The position numbers and the translations under genes were made by a program. From Octopus sinensis (taxonomy: Eukaryota): a stretch of DNA of 64,000 bases. The stretch spans positions 200,570,001-200,634,000 of the forward strand of contig NC_042998.1 in NCBI RefSeq assembly GCF_006345805.1. Direction: 5' to 3'. Shown here piece after piece: positions 38,031 to 50,127 of this stretch (position 1 is the stretch's first letter; every line of letters starts with the position of its first letter). The notes beneath the pieces were generated by a model that was given only the letters and a program-made list of their open reading frames with translations, was not told the DNA's origin and ran no database searches.

Positions 38031-39966
38031 CTAAATGTGGTATTTATTCAGTTTTACATGATACAAAAGAATTCTTAGACTCTTAATCTTTCAAAGAACA
38101 ATTACAGTTGAAAAGTGACTTGGAAATATATACATACATACAAACACACACACATACACACACACACACACACGCATATATATATGTGTGTGTGTGTGCA
38201 AACTAAATAAAGACAAGTAACATAAAATGAGAGTAGAATGAAATGGTGGAATTTAAAACTATTTCGTTAAAAAAAATATCATAGATAAAACAGAAAAAGT
38301 AAGATTATTGAAACAAACACGTTAATTTTGCTTTTTGATAAGAAAAACTCAAGTTCTACTTAGTCTATGATTAACATGAAAAAAAAATTGTTTGAATTAT
38401 ATATGGTACTTGCACCAGAAATATTTTAAGAAATGTAAAGCACAGACACACAAAAAAAACAGAGGTTAACAAAACCTGTTAATATAGATACTAACTTTAG
38501 ATAAACAGGATGTGGAATTTTTCTCAGTCTTTTCGAAAGCAATACACAATACATAATTTGTTTGGTGACGAGATATAGGAATAAAAGGAAATGAGTGAGA
38601 GTATAACACTTTTTAATGATATAACATCACCGTTTAAAAAAAATGATTGAAATGAAAACAGCAATAGACTGCTCGACCAATAGAACGATATCTGAATAAG
38701 AAATAATCAATATTTAAAAAGAAAAGTGTGCTGAATAACGCATAGTAAAATAATAAGGTCTAAGTCGGGTTTTCATTGTTGAAGAGGTAGTTAAATTATA
38801 AAGACATATATAACATGTGGTTGCGAATATCAATGCGGTGGTAAACGTGATGTACATAGTTCAGAATAAAAGCTCCAAAGAAACTTGAGGTAATAATATA
38901 TACCAGTGAATTTTTGCCAGAATACATTTCCAGCGAAAATTGAACTTAAAAGAGAATATAAATGAATGACCGCATTCAAGTATGCATTTTAATATCATAA
39001 CGAGTGTGTGTGCGTGCAATGGGTGCGTGTGTATGCGCGCGAGTAAACTATAACACAGATGATATTCATGAATTGTAGAGACACCGTATTTCGTTATGCA
39101 ATCATGATATACAACAACTATATTAAACGCTTTCATAAGCCAATATGCGTTCTACTGTGTTAGCAGTGGTATTAAATGACCTGTTACGGTTATCTCTACA
39201 GATTTTCTGGAGAAATTATAGCCAATACTGATTTTGTAATGACCTTCCATATCCAAATAAGTATAATGTAAATAACAATTAGACCGAGGACGAAAAAATG
39301 CGTAATGGATGTGTAGGTCATATTTCAGGAGTTTTGCTCTTATATCAGCACCCATCCAACTCATTAACCACCCACAAACTTATCGTTTAAAAAGCCACTA
39401 AATATAGCGGTGAAGCATTAATGGATATATTAGTTTTACATATTCGACACGTCCCTAGAAGATGGTACGTAAATATTAATGATTTGTGCGGACACCGTTT
39501 TCAGTGTTGTGGGGCCAGATATTCAATTAAAAGGCTTAATATGCAAAGAAGGTAATAGGACGGCTGACCTGGTTACGAAAGAATTGAAACCCGTAGCAAT
39601 GTACGCTTACGTGCAAGGTCACAGCGAATTAGAGAACCATGATGGTGACCAATCCATGAGCATAAATTTCACGCCAATACATCGGGAATATATTACCTCC
39701 ATACACGAGAAAATCATGATGAGATAATGTGAGACAAACACGAAATATTTTGTATATAAGCTAGTAAGCAGTTTTTCCAAGATTCTTTAGTATATATACG
39801 CTTCTTTAGGTAAGTATGTCATTTTGGAAGTAATTCAACTCTATTAGCAGTTCTTCAAAACTTTAATGACGTCAAATAAGCAAGGAACAAATCTATGACT
39901 TAATTAAACATTTACTCAAACTTGCCATGAACTGATTTGGTCTGGAGATAAAAGTTTGACCAACGG

Positions 39967-40099
39967 ATTCTTCGCTTGAACAACAATTAATCAGTGAGTA
40001 AATATATCAACAGGCATTAATCTATCGAATTAGTCGCTCCAAATTATCTCATCCATCAGCAGTTACCTTACTTTTCGTTTACTGTCTTAGGCCAAAGAC
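39967..40099 (+). repeat. 133-bp direct repeat, copy 1
   Basis: 131/133 identical to 41494-41626. Confidence 0.95.
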
Positions 40100-40535
40100 G
40101 AAGGAAGCATTTATGCGCACACATATATAAAGAACTATACGTTGTACACGTACACATACGCGCGCGGACACACATACGCACACACAACACACACTTTCGT
40201 ATGAGTTGCATTTATAAAACACACACACATATGAATAACACGTACATGTACCTTTCTCACTTTTTGCTATACGTATATATCATATATGAATATATATTTA
40301 CATGAATACGCTCGCACACATATACACGTACATATGTATATATGTATTCATGTATATATATATACAGATACTAAAATATATGCACATATATGCAAGTCTG
40401 TGAATATATGGAAGTTAAGAGGAAGAAGCTGGCCAAATTACAAACAAGATTTCGATGTTCAAGATTAGGATACACTAATGAAGGATGATAAAATAAAGGC
40501 TGATAAATGTTGATCACAGTCCATTGAATTATGTA

Positions 40536-40572
<37 letters not shown>

Positions 40573-40790
40573 GTAGATAGATATAGCTATATAGATATAG
40601 ATATGTAACTAAATTAAATTATCTCAAGACGAAACTTATCGCAGTATTTCGTTTCCTATTTCACATCCGTGTGGCTAAAGTCTGAAAGCAAATGGTTACA
40701 TTTACCAATTAAAGCTGTCTTAGTACATACATAAGGAATACATACTGTTGAAAATGCTATAAAGCAATTATGCGCATGGAATAACTGGAC

Positions 40791-40878
<88 letters not shown>
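40791..40878. repeat. Pure (TCTA)n microsatellite
   Basis: Direct inspection. Confidence 0.97.
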
Positions 40879-40920
40879 CATACGTGCCATCTTTGCTACA
40901 TACACCCATCTTTTTTTTTT

Positions 40921-41280
40921 CCGAATGTTTCAAATCATGATTTGTGAATGTAGAAAGTATGGTACGCATAAATGACGAAGCCACCTTGTGCATAGTCCTA
41001 TGAACCCGGAAAAAATTATAACAGAGAGTTACTTACTTGCAAATAAATGTGTTAACATGAGACATTATTGACCGAGGTTACCGTAGTCTTTTCCGTATGC
41101 TTTTCTTTCCACGGATAAAACTAATCCGTTTCCCTCTTTACACTTTACATCATGACATTTGTGTGATACACGATCCCTATTGATCGAAAACCTACCTCCT
41201 TATTTTTCTCCCCAAAAAGAAAAGCTCTACTTTGTAATCTGCCCCGTCAGTCTTCAGCCGGGTGTGGCTAATAAAGAAAT
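40921..41280 (+). mobile_element. Older, heavily 5'-truncated copy of the Tx1 family seen at 8530-9968
   Basis: Shares AATGACGAAGCC..CCTTG, TTGACCGAGGTTACCGT.GTCTTTT, CCAAAA.GAAAAGCTCTAC and TGTGGCTAATAAAGAAA; flanked by TCTA/TC repeats. Confidence 0.85.
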
Positions 41281-41386
41281 CTCTCTCCCTCTCACTCTCT
41301 CTCGCTCTCTCTCTCTCTCTCTATCTATCTGTCTGTCTATCTATCTATCTATGTACCTATCTGCCCCTCTCTGTCTCTCATTGTGT

Positions 41387-41417
<31 letters not shown>

Positions 41418-41493
41418 TTCATACTTGGATTTCTAAAGTATGATAAGAAAAACACTGGTCAACAAAGAATTTGTCCCCAAAGCACAGGAAAAT

Positions 41494-41626
41494 ATTCTTC
41501 GCTTGAACAACAATTAATCAGTGAATAGATATATCAACAGGCATTAATCTATCGAATTAGTCGCTCCAAATTATCTCATCCATCAGCAGTTACCTTACTT
41601 TTCGTTTACTGTCTTAGGCCAAAGAC
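41494..41626 (+). repeat. 133-bp direct repeat, copy 2
   Basis: 131/133 identical to 39967-40099. Confidence 0.95.
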
Positions 41627-42361
41627 AGAGTAGGCATTGGAACAAATTGGAACAAAACATGCGGGGTGAAAAGAATACCGCGATGTAAAGAATCACGTTT
41701 AAGAAATCAACGTAGAACAACGTGCGGCACAGACAACAGTGGTTGTTATGGTAGCAAGTTACTAATGTCACGAATACAAAAATGTGCATATAATCTTATA
41801 TATGAATACATACATCCACATGCACTTTTACATTAACGATGCACAAAAAAATAACATGGCAGATGTACATAATACTAAAACACGCATAATGTAATCACAA
41901 GCAGACAAATATATTAATATAACAAATTAGAAAAATAATAAAAAAACATACAATCAATGAAAAAACAGTAAGATGAGACATGTTAATTTTATTAGGTATT
42001 TCTGTTTATTTAGAAACCAACAATGAACAGGTCAGACGCTAAACTATAAATTTCATAGCGTACAACCTTAAAGTTGACACCGCTCCGCTAAATACAGAAA
42101 CATTATGTCTCGCTATTAGCTAAAAATGCATAGTTTTTCCAATATTTAAATCTCTTTTTCTCTCCATCATACCTTCATAGAAATGAGACTACAAGACTGT
42201 GGCCGATTTTCACATTTCTTACTTCCTTTTAAAACATGCATGTTTTGCGTATTAAAAACTAGATCCCACACAGAAAGACAGGCAGACAGACAGGCAAGCA
42301 GACAGACAAACAGACAGGCAGATAGATAGATAGGTAGATAGATAGACAGATAGATAGTAGA

Positions 42362-43170
42362 TCCAGCAATGACACCACACAGCCTCGTATTTTGTCTCCC
42401 TTCTGAATCCTTTTGCTATTTTAGCAATAATTGGGCTCTCCAGACCACCACAGGCACCGCTACATTGTTTCAAAGAATGCCACATGAATATCAAGATGTC
42501 AGCGAGAAGTGCCAATAAGATAATATTTTAGTCATGGATGACTTCTATCTCCCCTTTAGTGGCAGATCTACTCATACCTGGAAAAGAGGTGAGTGCATTT
42601 CAGCTCCAGAAAAAGCAGCAGTGGAATCACTTTTCAAATCCATGGCCGCTTTTTTCCTTACAAACGCGAGCTCACGGGTTTGAGAACCAACGAAAAGACA
42701 TTCGAGTCAGTGTTAATTAGCCATATGAAAGCTAACAACAATATTGCAATAATAATTTTTAAAAATCTCTTCATTCCGTCTATGATTTGGTTCTCTGTAA
42801 CTTGAGATTCTGACAACCAAAAGTGATGTCTAAGGATCTCACTCCATCACACACTCTTGACCTCATAGATGCTGACAACGCTAATCATCCCAAGATCATT
42901 CACTCGTTGATTGGTTTTCTACACTGTCATCCAACTGAAGCAGCAAGAAGACATCCAGGCTGTTATTTGTGTCAAAAATATATTCACACAACATTGTCCA
43001 CGGGTAAAGCTAAACACAGACAACCACGAAATAGAAAACTAAGAAAAAGCAAAATGGATTCACGAAAAATCAATTGGCTAAACTATTGCCAGCTGCAGCA
43101 CCCCCACTTGACAGATATAGCTTTGCTTGAACCAAAAAATATAATTTTCAAACTGCACGAAGATTATCAT
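42362..43170 (-). pseudogene. Degenerate DIRS-like (tyrosine-recombinase retrotransposon) remnant
   Basis: Minus-strand peptides ESILLFLSFLFRGCLCLALPVDNVV (RNase H-like), RWFSNP*A (SWFPDP-like) and LADILIFM...SPIIAKIAKGFRRETKYEAVW (recombinase N-terminus-like) occur in DIRS order; weak similarity judged by eye. Confidence 0.45.
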
Positions 43171-44736
43171 CGACAATGAAAGAACTTCTCGGTCTAGAGA
43201 GGACCCGGCTATCATCCTTCCCAGTCTAGAGAGGACCCGGCTATTATCACTCCATTCTCTATTTTCACTCGTTCTCACATTGACAAAGGGTTATGGACTC
43301 CAAAGCATAAATCTAATGGAGACATCCTTAAGTGTCTTTTTCGGGTGGCGATATTAAGTTAGTTATGACATAAGCTATTTCTGGTCGAAACAGAATCTAT
43401 CTGTAAATACATAGCAGGAAAATTCTCCGTGAAACAATATTGTTGTCTTTATCAAAAGATGCAGTAATATAAAAAGTTTTTGCTTTCTATATCTTGAAAA
43501 AAGATGATACTCTTAACGTGTACGATTTTTTTCACAGGATTTGCTCTGTCAGAAATGGTGTAGATTTGAACAACAGCAGTAACCATAAAAGTAACAACAC
43601 TATGTTGCGTGAAAATATAAACGATGCAATTGGCTATCTTTTCTATTTCTATAAGCACTTGGCCTACAGAAATACAGTCAAAGCAGTCGTATCCATCCAT
43701 TTGTGGTTATCGTTTAGCAAGCCTGCTGTTATTTAGTGATTACATAGATCACTGAGTATTTGTTTCAGCAAACAAGATGAGATAATTTCTTACATAGACA
43801 CAGGGGTTGCAATTTTGCGGAAAGGGATAGTCAATAATCGACATCAGTACGTTACGTCTACATTATAATCCCGAAAGCATGGAATGCGGTAATTACTGTT
43901 GATTGTATAATCAGAACTTTGTGAGTCATGAGTGTGCATCAGGAACTATTTTATTGTATATACCACCGCAACTAGAAGTTGTAATAAATGAAGAGACAAA
44001 TATGAATCTTAAGCGCAGGGCTTATTTTAACATTGGAAATAAAAACTTCTTAATAACGTCTTATCAAATATTTCTCTTGCATACGTTTATTGGCTCAGTT
44101 TCTGTAGCGCAAATAAACAGGATATGAACAAACAATAACTATATTTCCTTCAAATTTAATTCTATAATTAAAACTATCTTCCAATAATAAACCATGTAGA
44201 TATTAGAGCATTTAGTGAGATTTATTCACAAATGTTTTTACGTGTTGTTATCTCAGTTTAAATGCACTAAATAGAGACGATATTGTTGAGAACAACACCA
44301 GATATGTAGAACATGATTCCTACACCTAATTGACACCGACAACATAATATCTACGAAACATATCTACCATAAAAATAACGATAAAAATGTAAACGAAAGT
44401 AAACGTAAGAAAACAATGAATATGGTCGCGACCCCAGCTGAGAGGGAAACCGAGACATTTAACTAGAGGATGAGTTACCGTTCAAAAACTAGAAGGAAGC
44501 TCTACATTTTCCTTGATATTTTCCCAATAGCATTATTAACACGATAGTCTAGTATATTTGCATTGTCACAGAAAACTATTTACCATATATATCCTGACAT
44601 GAACTGTTCATAGTGAATACCGTAGAAAACTAGTTAGGCAGTGTATGTAGTTACTTTATAGATGCACAAACACAATCACACGCACACACAAATATATATA
44701 TATGTATGTTTGTGTGTGTACGTGCATACATATATG

Positions 44737-44837
<101 letters not shown>

Positions 44838-45170
44838 AATGGAATAATTACTATGAAGCGTTGTGTAGATTATATTGTATAAAAAATCATGGCTAAGGCC
44901 AAAACAATTCGAAATAAATGCAAGGTAAATGGTAAGAAACAAATCTATGAATTGATGTAGACCTGCCTTGTATTCAATATTTCTGGGTTATGACTCCATT
45001 AAAATCTTGAAAATGGGGTCATAACCCCGAAATATTGAATGCAAAGTGGGGCTACATTAATTCATATATTTGTTGCTTGTGATTTGCATTGCATTTACTT
45101 CGCATTGTTCTGACTTTACCCACGATAATTTACACAATATATACAATATATATATATATATATATAATAT

Positions 45171-45223
<53 letters not shown>

Positions 45224-45381
45224 GAAGTAATATTAGAGAGAGAACCAACTTCAACTCAATCAACACTAAAATATTTTTTACCCGACTACTCTATAAAATT
45301 TTAAATATTAAATCTTATACTAGCTACATGTATTCTGAATCACATATTTTCTGTTTATAAGACTACGCGTGTTTCATGAAA

Positions 45382-45675
45382 CGTGTAGTCTTCTACTATA
45401 GCTTCGGGTCAAGCAAATGCTTGTAAGTAGATTTGTTAGACGGAAACTGAAAGAAGCTCGTAGTATATGCGTACGTATATATTTGTGCGTCTGTGTTTGT
45501 CCCACCCCCAACATCACTTGCTATGTTTACGTTCCCGTAACTTAGCTGTTCTGCCAAAGACACCGATAGAATACGTACTAGGCTTACAAAGAATAGGTCC
45601 TGTGGTTGATTTGTTCGACTAAAAGGTGGTGCTCCAGCATGGCCTCACTCAAATGACTGAAACAAGTAGAAGACT
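45382..45675 (+). mobile_element. 5'-truncated, diverged SINE family A
   Basis: GTCTTCTACTATAGC...GACGGAAACTGAAAGAAGC...GTGCTCCAGCATGG...AAATGACTGAAACAAGTAG. Confidence 0.85.
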
Positions 45676-46192
45676 AGAAGAATACATGTTTTCTTTGTAT
45701 GTGCGTATACACACGCACACACACACACACATGTGTAAATATATAAGGATTCATTAGAATCTAGTTACATTCAACATGTAGGACACTCAGAAATGGTTGG
45801 GTACTATAACATAGAACATAGAACTCACAGAGTGGTAAGGAACGTTAAAGAAACCAAGTGCTCAAAACAAATTCAGACCCAGAATTTTCTTGTAGTCTTC
45901 ATTCAAGAAGTAGAACTACTCGGACCCGAAATGACTTCCAACATATAAGAACACAAATACACTAAAAAGAAATTTGCTCTCCGAGAACTAACATAAAGTG
46001 GTCAATGGCAACTGTATGAACAACACTCACGCACGCCCTCACACACACACACACATACAAACATACAGACACACACAAACACACACACACAAATATCTGT
46101 CGGTCGGTCTTTCTCACTCTCTGTTTATATATATATATATCTATATATCAGATATATTAAATTTCTATATATCTACGTACGATGGTGGAGCG

Positions 46193-46485
46193 ATAGAGTG
46201 GTTGTCTACTGTCAACTTAACGTGACAGTCCTGTATGGTAATTGCACCACCACTGTTTAGCCCTAAGAAGCATCGACGCTTCCGTTCGGCCGTGACACAT
46301 TTCCTGTGTCCTTATATATATTTTTTATATATTTATATATTTATATATTTTTTTTTAAATATATAAGGACACAGGAAATGTGTCAAGGCCGACAGGAAGC
46401 GTCGATGCTTCCTAGGGCTAACCAGCGGTGGTGCAATTCCCTTACAGGACTGTCACGTTAAGTTGACAGTAGACAACCACTCTAT
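46193..46485. mobile_element. MITE / fold-back element with about 128-bp inverted arms and an AT-only core
   Basis: ATAGAGTGGTTGTCTACTGTCAACTTAACGTGACAGTCCTGTA... / ...TACAGGACTGTCACGTTAAGTTGACAGTAGACAACCACTCTAT; TA at both ends. Confidence 0.8.
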
Positions 46486-46687
46486 ATATATATATATATA
46501 TGTTATGGCTTAACAACTAGAGGGAAGCTCATACATTTTTCTTGATATTTTCCCAAATATTTATATAACTTACTTGGAAAAGGGTGCGTGGCGTTCGATC
46601 ATATGATGATATAAATTATATATAAATATATGCATATATACATACATGTAGGTACATACCTACATATATATGTATATATACATGCAT

Positions 46688-47000
46688 ATATGGGTACAGG
46701 ACATCAAAAATAAAAACGTTGAACACAATGAGAAACGAAATCATGGAAACAAAAACCTAGAAACGAACTTTTTTTCGGACAACGAAAAATACAAACAAAT
46801 TAACGAGACATACAACATAAAGAATATACCCCTTCTTCAGTTGTCCTTCTTTCAACTACTTCGTTTACGAAGGAAAGGGCAAGAAGTGACTTCGCTGAAA
46901 CAGTTCTTCCCGCAAAGCAAATTAGGTTGCGTAGGTTGAAAGTCGTAACACGAACAGGACATTGATAACAAAACAGTAAAAACAATAAAAAAATAAAAGT
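46688..47000. mobile_element. Dispersed repeat in TA-rich context (shorter copy at about 56612-56671), possibly Penelope-like
   Basis: ATATGGGTACAGGACA.CAAAA...TTGAACACAATGAGAAACGAAATCAT is present at both loci. Confidence 0.5.
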
Positions 47001-47024
47001 GTGTGAATACATATATATATATAT

Positions 47025-49766
47025 CTAGCCAGAGGGGAAGCAGATAAGAGAAAATTTGCCAATGTCCTGCGCCGTGAGGATGAAAGACTTGAGGTATTTC
47101 GTGTTGCAAGACAGTGTGTGAGAGAGAATCGTGATGTGGTAGGAGAGAAATGTGTTCGCATGGAGGATGTTCACTTGCGCTAAATGAGGATGCAAAGAGA
47201 GAAGCTTGGAGACGCCACTATGAAGGTTTACTGAATGAGGAAAATGAATGGGATAAAGAGTCTGCCGAATGTTGACCCTACAGAGGGACCAACTATCCGA
47301 GTTGATAGTTCCGTGGTAGCTAAGGCAATTAGAAGCATGAAGACAGGGAAAGCCCCAGGCCCATCAGGAATTACTGCAGAGATGCTCAAAATATCTGGCA
47401 GTGTCGGCTATAACCTAGTCATCCGTATAGTCAACCAGTGATACACGAAGGAGTCATACCCAATGACTGGTGCAGCAGCATACTAGTCAACTGCTACAAA
47501 GGTAAAGGTGATGCCCTAGATACAATAATTACAGCGGTATCAAGCTGTTGGATCAAGTAATGAAGGTTACGGAGAGGGTCATAGCCCAACTAATTAGAGA
47601 GAGAGTTAGTTTAGATGAGATGCAGTTTGGGTTCGTGCCAGGGAAAGTACCACTGATGCTATATTCCTGGTAAGGCAGCTGCAGGAGAAATACCTAGCCA
47701 AAGATAAGCCCCTGTACCTGGCTTTCGTTGACATGGAGAAAGCTTTTGATAGGGTCCCCCGATCCCTTATCTGGTGGTCAATGAGGAAACTAGGGATAGA
47801 TGAATGGCTGGTGAGGACTGTGCAAGCCATGTACAGAGATGCCGTAAGTAAGGTTAGGGTTGGCAACATGTACACAGAAGAATTCAAAGTAGAGGTTGGG
47901 GTCCCCAGGGTTCAGTACTCAGCCCCCTCCTATTTATCATAGTACTCCAGGCAATTACGGAGGAATGCAAGACAGGCTGTCCCTGGGAGCTCCTCTACGC
48001 TGACGACCTTGCTCTTATTGCTGAGTCACTATCAGAACTGGAGGAGAAGTTCCAGGTGTAGAAGGAGGGTTTAGAATCAAGGGGCCTTAGAGTCAACCTA
48101 GCTAAAACAAAGTACTAATAAGTAGAAAGGTAGACAATCCACAATATCTTCAGGAAGATGGCCCTGCTCGATCTGTAGAAAAGGTGTAGGTAGAAACTCT
48201 ATAAGATGTACCCAGTGTAAGCTATGGACACATAAGAGGTGCAGCAATGTCAAAGGTAGGCTAACTGGGAAGATAGTTTTTTATTGTGGCAGATGCTCGG
48301 AGCATTAACCTCCGAAAATCTGCAGAAAACAACTTCCGTCACTTTCCAGGGGGAAAAACTAGAAGTAGTTGATAGCTTCCGTTATCTAGGTGACCAAGTC
48401 AGTAGTGGGGGTGGGTGCGCTGAAAGTGTAACTGCTAGAATAAGAATAGCCTGGGCAAAGTTTAGGGAGCTCTTACCTCTGCTGGTGACTAAAGGCCTCT
48501 CGCTCAGAGTAAAAGGCAGACTGTATGATGCGTGTGTACGAACAGCCATGCTACATGGCAGCGAAACATGGGCCGTGACTGCTGAGGACATGCGTAAGCT
48601 CGTGAGGAATGAAGCCAGTATGCTCCGATGGATGTGTAATGTCATGTACATACTCGACAGAGCGTTAGCACCTTGAGAGAAATGTTGTACCTAAGAAGCA
48701 TCAGTTGTGGTGTGCAAGAGAGACGATTGCGCTGGTATGGTCATGTGTGGGAGAATGGATGAAGATAGTGTGTGAGAAAGTGCCAATCCCTAGGAGTTGA
48801 GGGAACCCGTGGAAGAGGTAGACCCAGGAAACCTGGGACGAGGTGGTGAAGCACGACCTTCGAACTTTAGGCCTCACTGAGGAAATGACCAGAGACCGAG
48901 ACCTTTGGAAATATTCTGTACGTGAGAAGACCAGGCAGGACAAGTGAGCCCAGCCCACTTATGAATGCCTTTCCTCCCTTGGACACAAAGACCGTTGAGG
49001 CAAGCGAAGTCGATATAGAACCTCATCCGACGACAGACACCCATGCCAACCCCCCATGCTTGCGAAGACATGTTGGGGAAAGCGAAATCGAAATCGAAAC
49101 GAATTGAACCAGCCAGGATCCCTGGCCTGGTGGTACGTAAAAAGCACTATCCGACTCGTGGCCGTGGCACGTAAAATACTCCAATGCGACCGTACGACAG
49201 GCACCCATGCCAACCCCTCTGCTTGTGAAGACATGTTGGGGCAAGCGAAATCGAAATCGAATTGAACCAGCCAGGATCCCTGGTCTGATGGTACGTAAAA
49301 AGCACTATCCGACTCGTGGCCGTGGCACGTAAAATACTCCAATGCGACCGTACGACAGGCACCCTTGCCAACCCCCTTAGCTTGTGAAGACATGTTGGGG
49401 CAAGCGAAATCGAAATCGAATTGAACCAGCCAGGATCCCTGGTCTGGTGGTACGTAAAAAGCACTATCCGACTCGTGGCCGATGCCAGCACCGCCTCGAC
49501 TGGCTTCCGTGCCGGTGGCACATAAAATACACCAATCTGACCGTGGCCGTTGCCAGCCCCGCCTGGCACCTGTGCAGGTGGCACGTAAAAAGCACCCACT
49601 ACACTCACGGAGTGGTTGGCGTTAGGAAGGGCATCCAGCTGTAGAACATTGCCAAATTAGACTGGAGCCTGGTGCAGCCTTCTGGCTTCCCAGAACCCCG
49701 GTCGAACCGTCCAACCCATGCTAGCATGGAGAACGGACGTTAAACGACGATGATGATGATGATGAT
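47025..49766 (+). mobile_element. 5'-truncated RTE-clade (BovB-like) LINE with long structured 3' UTR and (GAT)n tail
   Basis: MKTGKAPGPSGITAEMLK, QFGFVPG, LAFVDMEKAFDRVP, ELLYADDL, FRYLGD and AMLHGSETW motifs; stop at about 48945-48947; several frameshifts and nonsense codons; ends CGTTAAACGACGATGATGAT. Confidence 0.95.
49030..49480 (+). repeat. Tandem ~160-bp repeat (about 2.8 units) inside the RTE 3' UTR
   Basis: Units start ACGACAG at 49030, 49194 and 49352. Confidence 0.92.
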
Positions 49767-50069
49767 ATAAATAGGCACATATATATTATAAACACATACA
49801 TTTATATATCTGAGTTCGTGTGTGAATTTTCCATAAGTAATTTTCAAAAATAATCTGCTGTTTATACATGTACGTGCACGGTCGAATGTCTGTGCGTGCG
49901 TGTGAAATTTGCAACGACAGCTTGACTCTGTTAGTTTTGCTTTTGTTTTGCTTTTCCTTCTTTCTTAAACTATACTTTTGTTTATAAAAAGTAACCATAT
50001 GACATTCATGGAACTCAAGTTTCCGAGTCAATAGCACTTGTTTTAAACATATACTTCTTACACTGCGTA

Positions 50070-50127
<58 letters not shown>

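Noticed and set aside
49030-49480. Regularly spaced repeats superficially like a CRISPR array
   Set aside because: Units are ~160-bp tandem copies with no unique spacers, lie inside a LINE 3' UTR in eukaryotic DNA, and no cas genes are present.
48701-49608. Antisense and 3' UTR ORFs of 60-150 aa overlapping the RTE (likewise over the Tx1 and RLE elements)
   Set aside because: By-products of higher GC content and tandem repetition within the elements.
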